Positions 12,072-23,216 of a stretch of 64,000 nt of DNA are shown here, piece after piece. Both the position numbers and the translations under genes were made by a program. The stretch is from Naegleria gruberi (taxonomy: Eukaryota). The DNA lies in the NCBI GenBank assembly GCA_000004985.1, contig GG738850.1. The stretch is one strand, 5' to 3'. The notes below the pieces were generated by a model. It did not search any database. It had not been told where the DNA came from and was given only the letters and a program-made list of their open reading frames with translations. Every line of letters begins with the position of its first letter. Positions within the stretch are counted from its first letter, which is position 1.

Positions 12072-12110
12072 CTGACGGTGGAGGGAACTAGCCACTGAGC
12101 TACACCGTCA
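12072..12110 (-). other. Degenerate tRNA-like remnant (acceptor stem plus D-arm fragment, no anticodon arm)
   Basis: The minus-strand sequence is gacggtgTAgctcagtggctag...ttccctcc-caccgtc-a. It has a perfect 7-bp acceptor pairing (GACGGTG/CACCGTC), a canonical D-arm start and a TTC-like motif, but the anticodon and variable arms are missing. Confidence 0.35.
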
Positions 12111-12156
12111 TTGGAGTTTATTATCATTGCTTGTTAGTTAAATTCAAAAGTGCATT

Positions 12157-14090
12157 TTAGAGATCCAAGCTGACTTCTGAAATTGCATCTTGGATTTCAA
12201 TTTGTTGAATATTCTTTCTACTGGATGGAAAGAAAGAGGGATAATGCTCTTTAAAGATAATGTTTGGGTTTAGCTCCTTTAGTTTATCCCAACTCAGTAC
12301 TTTTGAAGCGTTTTGTCCTTTAGCCAATCTCCTCATATCATCTGAAGTTAGTGGACGATACTCTACAATTTTCAAACTTGGATTCTTTTCAAAAGGATTG
12401 CTTGTGAAAAATACCTTTGGTAGAATAATGTGCTCCAATGAAGGTAGCTTTACAATTTTTGTAAAATAATCCAAAACCAATTGATGCTTTTCAATGTGAA
12501 TAAACGAAAGATTTGGAGAGTTTTCTGAAATGAGCTTTTAACAGTATGTATATCAAGTATATCATAAACAGTCAATCGTTTCAAGTTCTTGAATGATTCC
12601 AGAGCTTGGTGAAGGATTTCCAAATTAGTAACATAGGAATCATAAGGGACATTAATATTTCTAGAATTTTCAACAAGGAATGGATTTTTCATTACCTCTG
12701 TCAGGATATCTCTAACTGGTGGGATTGTATCCTTTGGTAAGAAGAGTTTACTCACCAGCGATCTATTATTATTAATTTCCTTATTATAGAGTGAGTCACT
12801 ACTAATTTCAATGTCGAATTCTTGTAAAAACTGTTTGACCAAGTTTCTGGAGTACCTATTGAGCGAGCTCATTACTAATAGTTGCTTTGTTTGGAGGAAT
12901 GACATGATGAGGCACAAATTATCATCATTTAGTAAACGTAAATGGAATAGAGGAAGAGATTTGGAGAATGGATTAACTAATTTGGCTTTGGCAACATCCA
13001 AATCTTTCTCTTTGATCATTCCCAACCTACCATAAGTTGCTGCTCTCATCAAGTAAGGTTGTTCTCTCTGTTTCAATAGTGGCATTAATGAAATGGATTT
13101 GGAAAAGTCTTCTACAGCTTTTTTCAATTCACCAAGATAATAATAACAGAGTCCTCTATTGTAATATGAGGATTCTACCAATTCTGATGAGTATTCCTCT
13201 CCAAGTTTGATTGCCTTGCTCAGATATGGTACAGCATCTGAATAAAATGTTCCAGAATAATACGAAATACCAGCCCTAATATACAGCAATTCAAGATTGA
13301 AGAAAGTTGTTGGTTTTGATTTGAGAACTGGTTGATCAGATCCCATCATTAAATTGTGGTTATAGAAATTCTTGGCCATATTTGAGAAATTGGAAACACC
13401 AGTTGAATATTGATTAAATCCTTTCGTCCACGAAGTTAACACCTTCTCAACAGGTTTCTTTGCCTCCAATTGCATGGCAAAGAATTGTTCCTCCAAACGA
13501 GTCAAACTCTTCTCCAAATCTTCCCTCCCACTTGTACTATTCTCAGCCAACAGCTGTTCAACATGTTCCCTGTGCTTAATGGCATTCATAAAGTGATGAG
13601 CTGCCTCTTCAAACTCACCCAATCCATCACAACAAACACCCATCAGATATTCAGCCAAATAGAAATGTGAGCTAAACACTTGATCTTGCAATTGTTGAAT
13701 GGATTGACCTGATTGGTAAACAACCTGATCTTTCATAAACGAAAAGGCTTCCATCAAGTCTTGTTTAGCCAACAGAAATTCCTTCATCTCCAACCTAGCA
13801 CAACATCTCTGAATCAACAATTTGTCCAATTCTTCCCTTTCGGATACATTCAACGAATTCAAATCAACAGATTCTTGAATTTCCTTGATAGAAAGTGTTG
13901 ATTTTCCTTCAAGTTTACTCGAAGCAGTCTTGTCAAACTTTTTCCTTGTCAAAACTTCATAAATCTTTAAATTATTGGCACGGATAGATTCGTCCACTGA
14001 TCGAAGATTCTTTCCAAGACCACCAACGGCTTCAATTGCAATTAGGAATGGCAATAGATAGAGAGGTGGACAGTAACAGCCGTGACACAT
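12157..14090 (-). CDS. TPR-repeat protein, possibly with a 3' exon
   Basis: The 546-aa ORF 12450..14090 contains TPR-like repeats (YYNRGLCYYYLGELKKAVEDFSKSISLMP...). The adjacent ORF 12157..12480 joins in frame if a 53-nt intron at 12401..12453 (gtaaag...cacaag) is removed. That splice is unconfirmed. Confidence 0.45.
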
Positions 14091-14984
14091 TTTTTTATGG
14101 TTGGAAAATTGAAAAAGTTCATCAATAGGAACGAAATCAAAAATTTATCAAGAGATAACTAAGATATATGATCTCACACAGATATTCAAATTGTATCAAA
14201 ATAATTCACAATAGAACTCAGCATGCATCTTGTAATAAACAAGATAACACTTTTGCTTGCGAAATCATCTCTTAATTTGCTGTCGTACTTGTTAGAAATT
14301 GGTGACATTATAACTATTACAAAATAAATATATTACCCATTCACTTTCATCATCAAACTAATTTGAAAAACGAGTGAAGTTTTTGATGCTTACAGTTCCA
14401 CCAATAAGAGCAATAAAGGAAGGTTAATTTGTCAATCTAAACATGTTGTTTAAATTCCAAATTGAATTCTTGATATTTTCAATAATTGAGATTTAGATTG
14501 TATTAGTTTGCATGTAAACTCGTATTTCAAATCATACATGATAATTGTACATGTGTACATGTCCACAATGTGTGGTAATTTTTTAGGTTATCAATTTGGT
14601 GATTAGACAAGTTTCAATGAGTTCCCAAATAATGGTTTAAAGCTTTGCGATCATTACGGTTAAATGAGAATATTGTAAACTAAATATCCTCCCTTTTTCA
14701 ATAATCCTATTTTTACTGTATCCTATTCGATAGTAAGACGCATTCGAAAGAAACTGAGGTGTTACCATTCCTCTTACTGACTTCTCAATAAGGTTGTTCC
14801 ACAAATGTTCAACCAATTCAATTCTCAGAAAACCATTGAACTCTAATAAACTCCATTGTAACTATTGTAATCTTATTCATTAAAAACTGCTATAAATTCA
14901 ATTTACCATTCATTGGATGATTAAACAAATCAAAAAACAAATTCAATATTTGAAAAAACTCAAAAGCTATTAAAATCTTAAGAA

Positions 14985-15521
14985 ATGACTGAACAAACTC
15001 ACGAAGAATTATTCAACCAAAACGTATGTGGAAATGGTTTGGCATTCAAGAAGGTAGTTCGTGAATTATTCAACAATCGTATTGTTCCTGCCACCAAGAA
15101 TCTTCAACAAGTCAATCCAAAGATGATCATCTTGTTGGATTGGGCTTCTCTTGCTGCATTGCCAACTGAAACCAAGTACAAGTATGGTGATAGATTTGCT
15201 GAAGATACCTTGTTGAATAATTGCATCAAATTCTTAACCGAATGTCCAAGATTGAGCAATATGAGTGAAATTGCCAAGGTTTTCATCAAGGATCCTGATT
15301 GTAAGGATGCTTTCATGGGATTGGAAAAATTGATTTTCAGAGTTGTTCACAATGCTGAAAGTAAGGAATCTTCTGGTTTCCTTGGATATTCTTACAAGAT
15401 TAATGGAGTTGATTTGGTTGTCACTTTAGAATGTAATTTGACTCTTGTTATGAAGGTTGCCAATGAAAGACAAAGTCCATCTGCTGATTCTGAAGCTAAA
15501 AAGTTGATTAATGCTTTCTAA
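14985..15521 (+). CDS. Hypothetical protein (178 aa)
   Basis: A clean ORF with ordinary composition and an A-rich context before the ATG. No family was recognised. Confidence 0.45.
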   Translation: MTEQTHEELFNQNVCGNGLAFKKVVRELFNNRIVPATKNLQQVNPKMIILLDWASLAALPTETKYKYGDRFAEDTLLNNCIKFLTECPRLSNMSEIAKVFIKDPDCKDAFMGLEKLIFRVVHNAESKESSGFLGYSYKINGVDLVVTLECNLTLVMKVANERQSPSADSEAKKLINAF

Positions 15522-15665
15522 TTCAAAAGGTAGTCCAATGTATTGTTTTCCAATAAAAAGTTTTTTAATGGAACTAAATAATAAATAAATTAGATTTGTG
15601 ATGAGGAGATTACCGCTTTAGCTAAATAATAAATAAATCTTTGCTGACTGAAATCCAATAAAAAA

Positions 15666-15756
15666 GACTACAGCACCACAGGTTCCCAAGTTGTCTCCAA
15701 CCTCAGTACTGATGTGGCTCGACTATGCTTAACTTCTCAAATCAAACGGGATCAGC
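15666..15756 (-). rRNA. 5S rRNA, 5'-truncated copy (probable pseudogene)
   Basis: Read on the minus strand it matches the 3' ~90 nt of the 5S gene at 28330..28448 with 3-4 substitutions and ends in the same T-run. The first ~28 nt of 5S are absent. The 3' flank (ttttttattgg...atttatttattatttagc...gcggtaat) is also shared. Confidence 0.6.
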
Positions 15757-15870
15757 TATTTTGACAAGTCATTATTCGAAAACAGAGAATTTTTATTAGC
15801 ACTACTTAAAAAATATTCCTATAATTGGGTTTTCATTAACACATTTGATGATGAGCTATACGAATGTGGA

Positions 15871-16536
15871 GTGGTAGATTCTTCATATTATTTTGGAAAA
15901 TATTTGGAAAAATATTGTAATAATAAGGAATATTTAATAAGGGCCATCAAGAGGAACTCTAATTTATTTGAAATTCTTTCTCATAAGTTAGATGAAGAGG
16001 ATCGTATGCAACTGACAAAAAACAACTCAAAAGAGGTCAAAGCTACGAATTATTTGACAGATAGAATTGAGAGACTTTCTGATGAAGAAAAGAAAGATAA
16101 AGAGCTAATTATTGGCCACCTCAAAATATCACCCATGTCCTTCCCATTCATTGATCCATCCTTAAAGAACGATATAGATGTGGTAATGGCAACCGTCACC
16201 AAGCATGGAGGTGTTCTGAAGCTTCTCTCTCCAGAAATGAAAAAGAATAAGGAAGTTGTAATGGCTAGCAAACATCAAGGTTTTGCCTATGCAGATAAGA
16301 CACTTCAGAGAGATATACAAGTCATTCTTAATGCAGCACAATATTTTGGAGGAATTTTAGAGCTATTAGATAAGGATTTGAGAAATGATGAGGAAATTGT
16401 TCTTCAATGCATCAAGACAACACCCATGGCATTAGAATTTGCAAGTGAAACTCTGAGAAATAATCCAGAAATTGTGAGAGTAGCTTACAATTTAGATCCA
16501 AAAGTTTTGGAATTTACTGATCTTGGTTCTTTTTAA
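15871..16536 (+). CDS. DUF4116-repeat protein
   Basis: Repeats of the form NDIDVVMATVTKHGGVLKLLSPEMKKNKEVVMASKHQGFAYA..., QRDIQVILNAAQYFGGILELL... and NDEEIVLQCIKTTPMALEFASETLRNNPEIV match the DUF4116 repeat (...ALqyAs.eLrnDkeiVl.Av.qnG.aL...). Confidence 0.6.
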   Translation: MVDSSYYFGKYLEKYCNNKEYLIRAIKRNSNLFEILSHKLDEEDRMQLTKNNSKEVKATNYLTDRIERLSDEEKKDKELIIGHLKISPMSFPFIDPSLKNDIDVVMATVTKHGGVLKLLSPEMKKNKEVVMASKHQGFAYADKTLQRDIQVILNAAQYFGGILELLDKDLRNDEEIVLQCIKTTPMALEFASETLRNNPEIVRVAYNLDPKVLEFTDLGSF

Positions 16537-16707
16537 AGTATTTCCATAACACTCAAAATAACTCAAACAATGAACCATATCCACAAAAGATAAAACAGCC
16601 GAGCAAGGTTTCTTTACTTGCAGCTTCTCCACAAATAGTTATAGTACATCCTTTCATTTCTGGACAGCTTTTTCAGATTACTTTATGTCTGAAAACTAAA
16701 AATCAGA

Positions 16708-16781
16708 TACCGACAATGGGGCTCGAACCCACGACCCCAGGATTAGAAGTCCTGTGCTCTATCCAACTGAGCTATGACGGC
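16708..16781 (-). tRNA. tRNA-Arg (anticodon UCU)
   Basis: The minus strand reads gccgtca-ta-gctc-agttggata-gagc-a-cagga-cTTCTAa-tcctg-gggtc-gtggg-ttcgagc-cccat-tgtcggt-a. It forms a cloverleaf with a GTTCGAG T-loop and anticodon TCT, with one T-T mismatch in the acceptor stem. Confidence 0.75.
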
Positions 16782-17403
16782 TTTACATCATCTTATATTG
16801 AGGCACTAGGTCAGACAACAATCAAGTTAACAATAATGATTATTGGTTCGTTCGTGTTCAATTGTTAAAATTCTAGAAACTGCAGCAACTCATTTCTTTA
16901 TATTAATTTCATACTATTTTCGGAAATTGTTTAATGCATTGAACAATTTTAAACAATCAATACTTGAAAAGATACAGTTGCTGCAACAAGCTCATAAAAC
17001 TTCATGACTATGTTGATAACAATTTGGCAACAAATAATATCACCAAATTAAGATTAAAACGTTATCCATGAAAAACCGTTACCCAATCTATTTCACTGTT
17101 ATCGCTGCAAGAATGGCAGTTATTGTATTATGTTAAACAATTTAATCAAGTAATGAATGCTCACAAATGGAATCTTCTTGAATCCTTAATGATTCATGGC
17201 AAGAAATTCAATTCATGATTCGAATATTTTGAATCGTCACAGCAACCGACACTGATTGGTTTTAGATAATTTAATGGTTGGTTCTACTATTTGGGTGTTT
17301 CATTCTCAATTGTATTTAAGTGTATCATCCAATTCTTAATTTTTCAAAAAGAAAAAAACAAAGAGCCTTCTCTATTCGATTCTAACTAAATAACCCATTC
17401 ACA

Positions 17404-17949
17404 ATGTCCTCAATTTTCAGTAGATCTGCTAGTTTGGCACACCTTGACTCTCAAACCGTGACCTCACTTAATGAACTCAAATTGGAAACAAGAAAAAATT
17501 ACCGAAAAACCACAACAGAAAATGTGTTTAGTCATCCTTCGTATAGAGAAATGATAGCAGATATCGTTAGAGCCAAAGAAGAAGTAACCGAAAGAAAACT
17601 TGCCCAACGACGTGCACAAGAAGAAGAAATCAGACGAAAAGAAGAAGAGGAACGAATTCAAGCAGAAGAATTAAGGAAAGAATTAGCAAAAGTCAAAGTT
17701 CCAGTGAATAATAGAAAAAATCTATTTTCAAACAGAATGCAATCGAGAAAAGATAGTCAGGATTTCACTCCTCTCATCATTTCTAAAAATGTTGAATCTC
17801 TTGATTTGATAAAAGTTTCGTCCAATTCAAGTAAGATTATTCTCAGAGAAAGACCAAGAAGAAACACAACACCTGTACCCTTACAATCGAATACAGAGAA
17901 TGAATCAGCAGCGCCAATAACTCCTCCATCTCCAGGTGATTTCAAATAA
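17404..17949 (+). CDS. Hypothetical charged coiled-coil protein
   Basis: An ORF with an Arg/Glu-rich heptad-like region (RRAQEEEIRRKEEEERIQAEELRKELAK). No family was recognised. Confidence 0.35.
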   Translation: MSSIFSRSASLAHLDSQTVTSLNELKLETRKNYRKTTTENVFSHPSYREMIADIVRAKEEVTERKLAQRRAQEEEIRRKEEEERIQAEELRKELAKVKVPVNNRKNLFSNRMQSRKDSQDFTPLIISKNVESLDLIKVSSNSSKIILRERPRRNTTPVPLQSNTENESAAPITPPSPGDFK

Positions 17950-18147
17950 CCGAATGCACTGTCAGATCATCTAATATTAGTTTCCTGACTCTATAAGAAA
18001 CTTCATTTCAAGACTTTGTGATCTTTCAATAGTCCAATTTTGTAATATTTTATCACAGATCTCGAAAAGCTTGAAAAGAGATGTTATTGAATAAGTTTCT
18101 TTAATGTCACTTTCTCCACAACTTTCCAATAAACAAAATCTTTAAAA

Positions 18148-19788
18148 ATGTCTGCAATTCAATTCATTTCTTTAAACTCATCAAGTTGCCATCCACTCCT
18201 CCTCAATCTATCCATCTCAAATCCATTCCTATTCAGAGAACCACTCACTGAATCATCGCTTCAATATGGCCTGTGTCCAGAAACTTATATTGCATTTAGT
18301 TTGGCCACAGTTGTCCTCCTGCTCTATATTGCAACCATGATCATTGCCATGATTGGATTAGTTTGGCAGAGGAAGAAAACTCACATTCAAGCCAGGAGTT
18401 TACCTCTGATTATTGCCAATATGGTGGCTAATTTGACACTAGTTCTATTGGTGACATTGAGAGTGATTGTGAGTAAGAAATTGTATCCGTGTTTCTTACT
18501 TTCATTGACATTCATGTTGTATCCACCATTGTTGACCTTGCCATCGATATTGAGAGGTCTTCGTTTGTATTCGCTTTTTAAGCTCAATTTGAAAAAGAAG
18601 AGAATATTTGGTTCGAAACATGATGAAAGTCTTGAAATGCAACAATTGAATGAATCAAGGAGATCAATAGTGGACGAAAGCTCAACCTCATTGGAAAGCA
18701 TGTCATCCCAACAAACAAATACCAGTTGTATTCTTTCCATATCAGAACCACAATCACTACCTGCAAACACATTCGATCAAATATCGAATAGAAACCAAAC
18801 TATTCAATGCTCTTCCGATGAAGCTCAAAAACCATCCAATCAAATTTCAACTCGAGATAGAGTCCTTATGAGGATGTTTGAATTTCTATCTAGTTACAAA
18901 TTCTTCATTACTGTATATTTAGTTTCGTTTCTAATACATCTGGGATTATGGGCAATTGTTGGTGGAATTGAGATTGGGGTTTACAAGTCAAGTGGTTCTT
19001 GGGTTTTTGTGGAAAGTGGATTCTTTGAAGCATCACATGGTTGCAACATTACTCCAAAGATTCTAATTGTTTTGGGAATTCAAGCAGCTTTCTACATTGC
19101 ATTAGTTGTCATTGTTAATATTTTGTGTTTAGTTTCAGATAGAGACACCTTCAACATCAAATTGGAAGAATTAACTCTCACTGCAGTGTTTGCTGTCATT
19201 ATTATCCTATACACAATTTTTGGGTCAATTCCTGTAATCACAACTCTGGTTGATTATTTTGTGCCATATGTTTTGATATTTGTTGTTTACACATGGTTGG
19301 AAACAGTTATTGGTGTCATTCTACCAGTTTATTATTCAATTAGAGATTCGTCAATTTCTACTCCCAATCAAAACAATTCCACATCTGAAAAAGACCATTC
19401 GCTCAATAACACCATAACCTCCCTCCTACATGATAAGAAAGCATTCGAAATCATTTCAGATTTTGCTAGACGAAGCTATTGTTTGGAAGATGTTTTAGCG
19501 TGGAAAGAAATTCAAAATTTCAAAAAGATGAAAAAACGAAGAATTGCAGCTTTTGAATTTTTGAAAACTTTTCTAGTTTCTGGTTCACCACTCGAGTTGA
19601 ATATTCCAAACGGATATAAAACTCTAAATAGTCTTCAGGAGAGTTTAGATTCGAATATGGAAGAACCACCTGCCAATTTATTTGCTGATATTGAGTTTAA
19701 TTGTTTGTTTAACATGGTTGACTTGTTACAACGTCTCAAAGTTAGGAATGATTACATTGCCAACAAACTTTCTAATATCACTCAATAG
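18148..19788 (+). CDS. Seven-transmembrane protein with C-terminal RGS domain (7TM-RGS)
   Basis: Seven hydrophobic helices by eye (3 + long Ser-rich loop + 4), then an RGS box: FEIISDFARRSYCLEDVLAWKEIQNFKKMKKRRIAAFEFLKTFLVSGSPLELNIP... Confidence 0.7.
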   Translation: MSAIQFISLNSSSCHPLLLNLSISNPFLFREPLTESSLQYGLCPETYIAFSLATVVLLLYIATMIIAMIGLVWQRKKTHIQARSLPLIIANMVANLTLVLLVTLRVIVSKKLYPCFLLSLTFMLYPPLLTLPSILRGLRLYSLFKLNLKKKRIFGSKHDESLEMQQLNESRRSIVDESSTSLESMSSQQTNTSCILSISEPQSLPANTFDQISNRNQTIQCSSDEAQKPSNQISTRDRVLMRMFEFLSSYKFFITVYLVSFLIHLGLWAIVGGIEIGVYKSSGSWVFVESGFFEASHGCNITPKILIVLGIQAAFYIALVVIVNILCLVSDRDTFNIKLEELTLTAVFAVIIILYTIFGSIPVITTLVDYFVPYVLIFVVYTWLETVIGVILPVYYSIRDSSISTPNQNNSTSEKDHSLNNTITSLLHDKKAFEIISDFARRSYCLEDVLAWKEIQNFKKMKKRRIAAFEFLKTFLVSGSPLELNIPNGYKTLNSLQESLDSNMEEPPANLFADIEFNCLFNMVDLLQRLKVRNDYIANKLSNITQ

Positions 19789-20087
19789 ACATCTATTGAC
19801 ACTTCGAATACGCTGTTCGAATACATTTGTATTATTGAAAATATTAAATTGTCTATTCATGTTTTAAATCATTGAAAGAGTCCAGTATTGTAATTAATAT
19901 TTTTAAATTAGATGAAAGATTGTTATTTAACATGATATCCTTAACAAGACTTTTGACATAATAAAGCCACATGCTCAATATTTTTGACAGCCACTAATTC
20001 GAATTTGCTCCAAATAAAATATTGACATTTGACCTCTGCCAATACTGTGTGCCTCTAAACATCGCCACTGCGAAAACAACAAACAAA

Positions 20088-21737
20088 ATGTCTCTAAACA
20101 GCACGTTTCCACTCGCTTCCACATTCAACTCTACAAGTTGTCATCCTCTCCTGTTAAACATGTCCATAACAAATCCTATGATATTTCGTGAGGAATTTTC
20201 ACAGTCTTCACTTCAGTATGGATTGTGTCCGGAAACTTATATTGCCCTATCGATTGCATCCTTTGTCCTTTTCGTTTATTTAGTCACGACATGTATTGCC
20301 ATGATTGGATTAGTTTGGCAGAGGAAGAAAACTCACATTCAAGCCAGAAGTTTACCTCTAATTATTGCCAATACGGTGGCCAACTTGACACTGGTTCTGT
20401 TGGTGGCTCTGAGAGTGATTGTGAGTAAGAAATATTATCCATGTTTCTTACTTTCATTGACTTTCATGTTGTATCCACCATTGTTGACCTTGCCATCGAT
20501 ATTGAGAGGATCACGGCATTACTTTTTATTTAGACTAAACTTGATGAAGAAGAAGGTTTTTGGAACGAGTGTTGATGAATTGTCAGAGTTGCAATCTATT
20601 TCTTCGATGAGTGTTTCTGGAAAGTTGGAACATAGGAGGTCAAATTCTAGCTCATCACTTGGTCAACTCTTTTCCAGAACTAATAGTTTTAGTACAACAA
20701 CATCTGGGCCAACAAGTAGTACAACAGCTGGTCAAGATAATAACAATGCTTCATCACAAGAATTTCTTCAAATTGATGAAAAACAAACTAATTTGGAAGA
20801 TATCTTATCGAGAAGGGATCAATTATTGATGAGATTTTATGAATTTATGGCCAGTTACAAGTTTTTCATCACTGTGTATGTGGTATCATTTCTAATACAT
20901 CTTGGATTATGGGCAATTGTTGGTGGAATTGAGATTGGAGTTTACAATTCAAGTGGTTCTTGGGTTTTTGTGGAAAGTGGATTCTTTGAAGCATCACATG
21001 GTTGCAATATTACTCCAAAGATTCTAATTGTTTTGGGAATTCAAGCAGCTTTCTATTTGGTTTGGATGTTTGTTATTAATATTTTGTGTATTCTTTCAGA
21101 TAGAGATACATTTAACATCAAATTGGAAGAATTGATTTTGACTGTGATTTTAATAGTAGCTTTGATTTTGTACACGATTTTTGGTTCAATTCCTGTAATC
21201 ACAACTCTGGTTGATTATTTTGTACCTTACGTTTTGATATTTGTTGTTTATTCATTGTTGGAAACAATTATTGGAGTCATTCTTCCAGTTTATTACTCAA
21301 TTAGAGATACAATGAATGAAACAAATCATGATTCGGATAAATCCGCCAGTCATATGGTCAAAGCTCTTCTCAAGGAAAAGAAATCTCTTGATAAGATTTC
21401 AGATTTTGCTAGACGAAGCTATTGTTTGGAAGATGTATTGGCCTGGAAAGAAATTCAAAACTATAAGAAAATGAAAAAACGAAAGCAAGCTGCTCTGGAC
21501 TTTATCAAAACCTATTTACTTCCTGGAGCTCCTCTCGAGTTGAATATTCCAAAGAGTGCCGCAACATTGGCAAATTTGAGGGAACAAATGGATAGCTCCA
21601 CTGATGAACCTCCTGTTAATTTGTTTGATGTTGTGGAACATCAATGTTTATTTAACATGACTGATTTGTTAAATAGATTGGTGGTTAAGGATGAATATAT
21701 TGCTCAAAAGATTGCTGAGTGTACTGGTAATAAGTAG
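20088..21737 (+). CDS. 7TM-RGS protein, tandem paralogue of 18148..19788
   Basis: Same architecture and collinear sequence as the upstream gene. Some nucleotide blocks are identical (e.g. gattggattagtttggcagaggaagaaaactcacattcaagccag). The RGS box is FARRSYCLEDVLAWKEIQNYKKMKKRKQAALDFIKTYLLPGAPLELNIP. The start is taken at ATG 20088. Confidence 0.7.
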   Translation: MSLNSTFPLASTFNSTSCHPLLLNMSITNPMIFREEFSQSSLQYGLCPETYIALSIASFVLFVYLVTTCIAMIGLVWQRKKTHIQARSLPLIIANTVANLTLVLLVALRVIVSKKYYPCFLLSLTFMLYPPLLTLPSILRGSRHYFLFRLNLMKKKVFGTSVDELSELQSISSMSVSGKLEHRRSNSSSSLGQLFSRTNSFSTTTSGPTSSTTAGQDNNNASSQEFLQIDEKQTNLEDILSRRDQLLMRFYEFMASYKFFITVYVVSFLIHLGLWAIVGGIEIGVYNSSGSWVFVESGFFEASHGCNITPKILIVLGIQAAFYLVWMFVINILCILSDRDTFNIKLEELILTVILIVALILYTIFGSIPVITTLVDYFVPYVLIFVVYSLLETIIGVILPVYYSIRDTMNETNHDSDKSASHMVKALLKEKKSLDKISDFARRSYCLEDVLAWKEIQNYKKMKKRKQAALDFIKTYLLPGAPLELNIPKSAATLANLREQMDSSTDEPPVNLFDVVEHQCLFNMTDLLNRLVVKDEYIAQKIAECTGNK

Positions 21738-21839
21738 AATTCGGAACTATTGTCACTTTTCAATAATTGAAGAGTGCCATGAAAATTCTACATCATTTGA
21801 CTGTTCAATGAAAGTCAATTACTTTCATGAAATGGAGGA

Positions 21840-22870
21840 TTATTCAAGACGAGATTTGACATCCTTTTCCAATGCTAACAGATACTGATCGACATGTTCC
21901 TCTCCAAATACTTCTCTCATCTTGTCGACTAACTGAAATAAATACTCAGAGTTTTTACCACTTGGCCCAATAGCAACTGAGATAATTTTACCATCGTCAC
22001 TCAATCCATGAATTGTAGGACCCAAAAATTCGGTATTATCATCATGATTGGTAGAACCCACATATACAATTACATTCTTAATTTCACTCTCTCCATTTTC
22101 ATGAATTAAATTACAAGGAATAAACTTTCTATAATATCCTCCCTTTTCTCTATAATCCAAATCCTTGAAAATCTCAATTGCTTCCTCATTTGAAATCAGA
22201 TAACACATTCCATATAGATCTGTATCTTTTCTTTCAAATTCAGCCTCTTCTCTTGCAACATGTGTATCAGATCCAAACTTGGTCACTTGCTCTCTATAAT
22301 CTGAATCATTCATTATTGTCAAAACTCTGCCAGGAAATTCAAATGATCCTCTGTGATCTCTACTCTGCTGCCAAAATCTTCTCTAATTCTCATATTTGAA
22401 TATAATTCATAAATTCTCGAACCTACCTTGTATCCTTTAATAAATCCCTTACATTTATGTTTATAAGACCATCCAACTTTCCAAATCAAACTTCCATAAC
22501 CAAACAAATAAATTCCTCCATCCTTCTTAACCTGTTCATCATGATTAATCAATTGTTCAATATCCACTTCATGATCCTTTGCTTTTAAATGTAATTTGTA
22601 CATTTCCTCGAGTGATAATTCAGAATTCAATGATGCTTGTTGAACATTAACATCATCAGCTTCCGAAAGTGGTGCAAGTTCTTCCGAATTGTTTAATAAC
22701 ATTTTTTTGAAAGATTCTTGTTTGTGATGATTACTTGTAGAAAGTAACTTGAAGAATCTGGTTTGATGATATTGTTGTTTGGAAGTGGTAATTTGATTTC
22801 TCAGATTGAGTAAATTGTGCTGACGAGTTGTTAATAATGAAATGAAGAGAATCTTTCTGCTGCAATTCAT
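21840..22870 (-). CDS. CHAC: ChaC-family gamma-glutamylcyclotransferase
   Basis: Exon 1 carries FGYGSLIWK...KGYK. A 44-nt intron at 22383..22426 (gtaggt...aattag) joins it to exon 2, which carries RRFWQQSRDHRGSFEFPGRVLT, matching the ChaC motifs YGSL and RRFWQGS.DHRGTPE.PGRVVTL. Confidence 0.8.
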
Positions 22871-23216
22871 TGTTTTTTTACAATATTAATAATAATACCA
22901 AGCCAATAATTCCCAATATGATACCAACAATCATTCTTCTTATTATCCAGCAATTCATATCATCATCAATTAACAATTTCCTTCTAGCTACAGCACATCA
23001 CTCCCTTATCATCATCATGTCTTGTTTATTGTAATCGATTTTCTCTAGAAGCAATGCTAACAAAGAGTGACCTGTCGCTTTATGAAGGACCAAAACAAGA
23101 CCAATTTTGTTGCAGCGAGTTTTTGTGGTGATGACGCAACGAGGAAATTCAAGCCAAGTTGCTACTTGAAAAGCACGGAGAGCAAAATATTATTACAAAA
23201 TTAACAGATAAAAAAA

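Noticed and set aside
15655-15770. Second full-length 5S rRNA gene
   Set aside because: Homology to the 28330 copy stops about 28 nt short of the 5S 5' end, so the copy is truncated. It is called a probable pseudogene instead.
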